Shown here: in pieces, positions 63,798-64,000 of the stretch
How the letters are laid out: each line of letters opens with the position of its first letter
Position numbering within the stretch: the first letter of the stretch is position 1
NCBI GenBank assembly: GCA_964597545.1
Contig: CAZQXN010000009.1
Coordinates: 16-64,015, forward strand
DNA length: 64,000 nucleotides
Direction: 5' to 3'
From: an uncultured Planctomycetia bacterium
GTDB lineage: Bacteria; Omnitrophota; Gorgyraeia; 1-14-0-20-64-10
Program-made: the position numbers and the translations under genes
Notes under the pieces: model-generated
Databases searched by the model: none
What the model was told of the DNA's origin: nothing
The model's input: the letters and a program-made list of their open reading frames with translations, nothing else

Positions 63798-64000
63798 ATG
63801 AGCGGAATCTTTGGAGTGGTTTCAAAAGAGAGCTGTTCTCAGGATTTGCTCTATGGGACCGATTATCATTCCCATCTCGGGACTGAATTCGGCGGGATGG
63901 CGGTTCTGGGAAAGCTCTTTAACCGTCAGATTCACAGCATTGCCCAGAGCCAATTTAAATCGAAATTCTATGATGATCATAAAAAGATGCAGGGGAACAA
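63798..64000 (+). CDS. partial CDS (3' end outside window); N-terminus MSGIFGV resembles class-II (Ntn) glutamine amidotransferases but with Ser in place of the Cys2 nucleophile
   Basis: The frame stays open to the window end; GAGGAG lies upstream of the ATG. Confidence 0.3.
   Translation, partial: MSGIFGVVSKESCSQDLLYGTDYHSHLGTEFGGMAVLGKLFNRQIHSIAQSQFKSKFYDDHKKMQGN

Noticed and set aside
1-64000. Search for tRNA, rRNA, CRISPR arrays, transposases, integrases and phage genes
   Set aside because: Intergenic spaces are short (mostly under 110 bp). The two longer ones (47016-47109, 49233-49463) show no cloverleaf or repeat-spacer structure. No CDS resembles transposase, recombinase or Cas proteins.

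Overview
This 64-kb window comes from a high-GC (roughly 58-60%), compactly organised bacterial chromosome. No rRNA, tRNA, CRISPR array, transposase or integrase is visible. Most of the window is core metabolism: peptide deformylase, CstA, a CCA-adding enzyme, PlsC, an M24 peptidase, leuCD-folA-thyA, a complete complex-I locus, a two-subunit transketolase, FolB and QueD, sdhCDAB, MqnD, SuhB, Ni-superoxide dismutase, TrxB, Mrp/ApbC, a ferredoxin with a sulfite/nitrite-reductase-like protein, the pyruvate dehydrogenase E1/E2/E3 genes, and a GuaA PP-ATPase subunit. The complex-I locus is split into nuoA-I (+ strand) and nuoJ-N (- strand), converges tail to tail, and carries a fused NuoE-NuoF gene.

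Four things stand out.

1. An 8.5-kb locus (29905-38411) encodes a 2114-aa protein with an N-terminal signal-peptide-like segment. The protein is an exact head-to-tail tandem of two ~970-aa modules that match no family I can place. Each module has cupin-like barrels, a histone-H1/AlgP-like Lys/Ala/Pro-rich segment, and excisionase-type helix-turn-helix-like segments. A 734-aa gene carrying a third, diverged copy of part of the module follows immediately.

2. A tightly coupled operon (57869-62757) looks like a Dlt-type trans-membrane acyl relay in which the DltA ligase is replaced by an LnmK-like double-hotdog protein. It contains an ACP, a DltD-like SGNH protein and a DltB-like MBOAT. An unannotated 36-aa ORF ends in FLYRGF, which matches the DltX C-terminal FxYxxF motif.

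3. A lineage-specific 13-bp-arm palindromic repeat family (GGTACCGGGTACA...TGTACCCGGTACC) occurs four times in intergenic positions. One copy lies inside the sdh operon and is followed by a T-tract.

4. The Ni-SOD has an unusual aromatic, Sec-like leader.

All calls were made by eye from the sequence and the ORF translations. Gene coordinates follow the ORF track.
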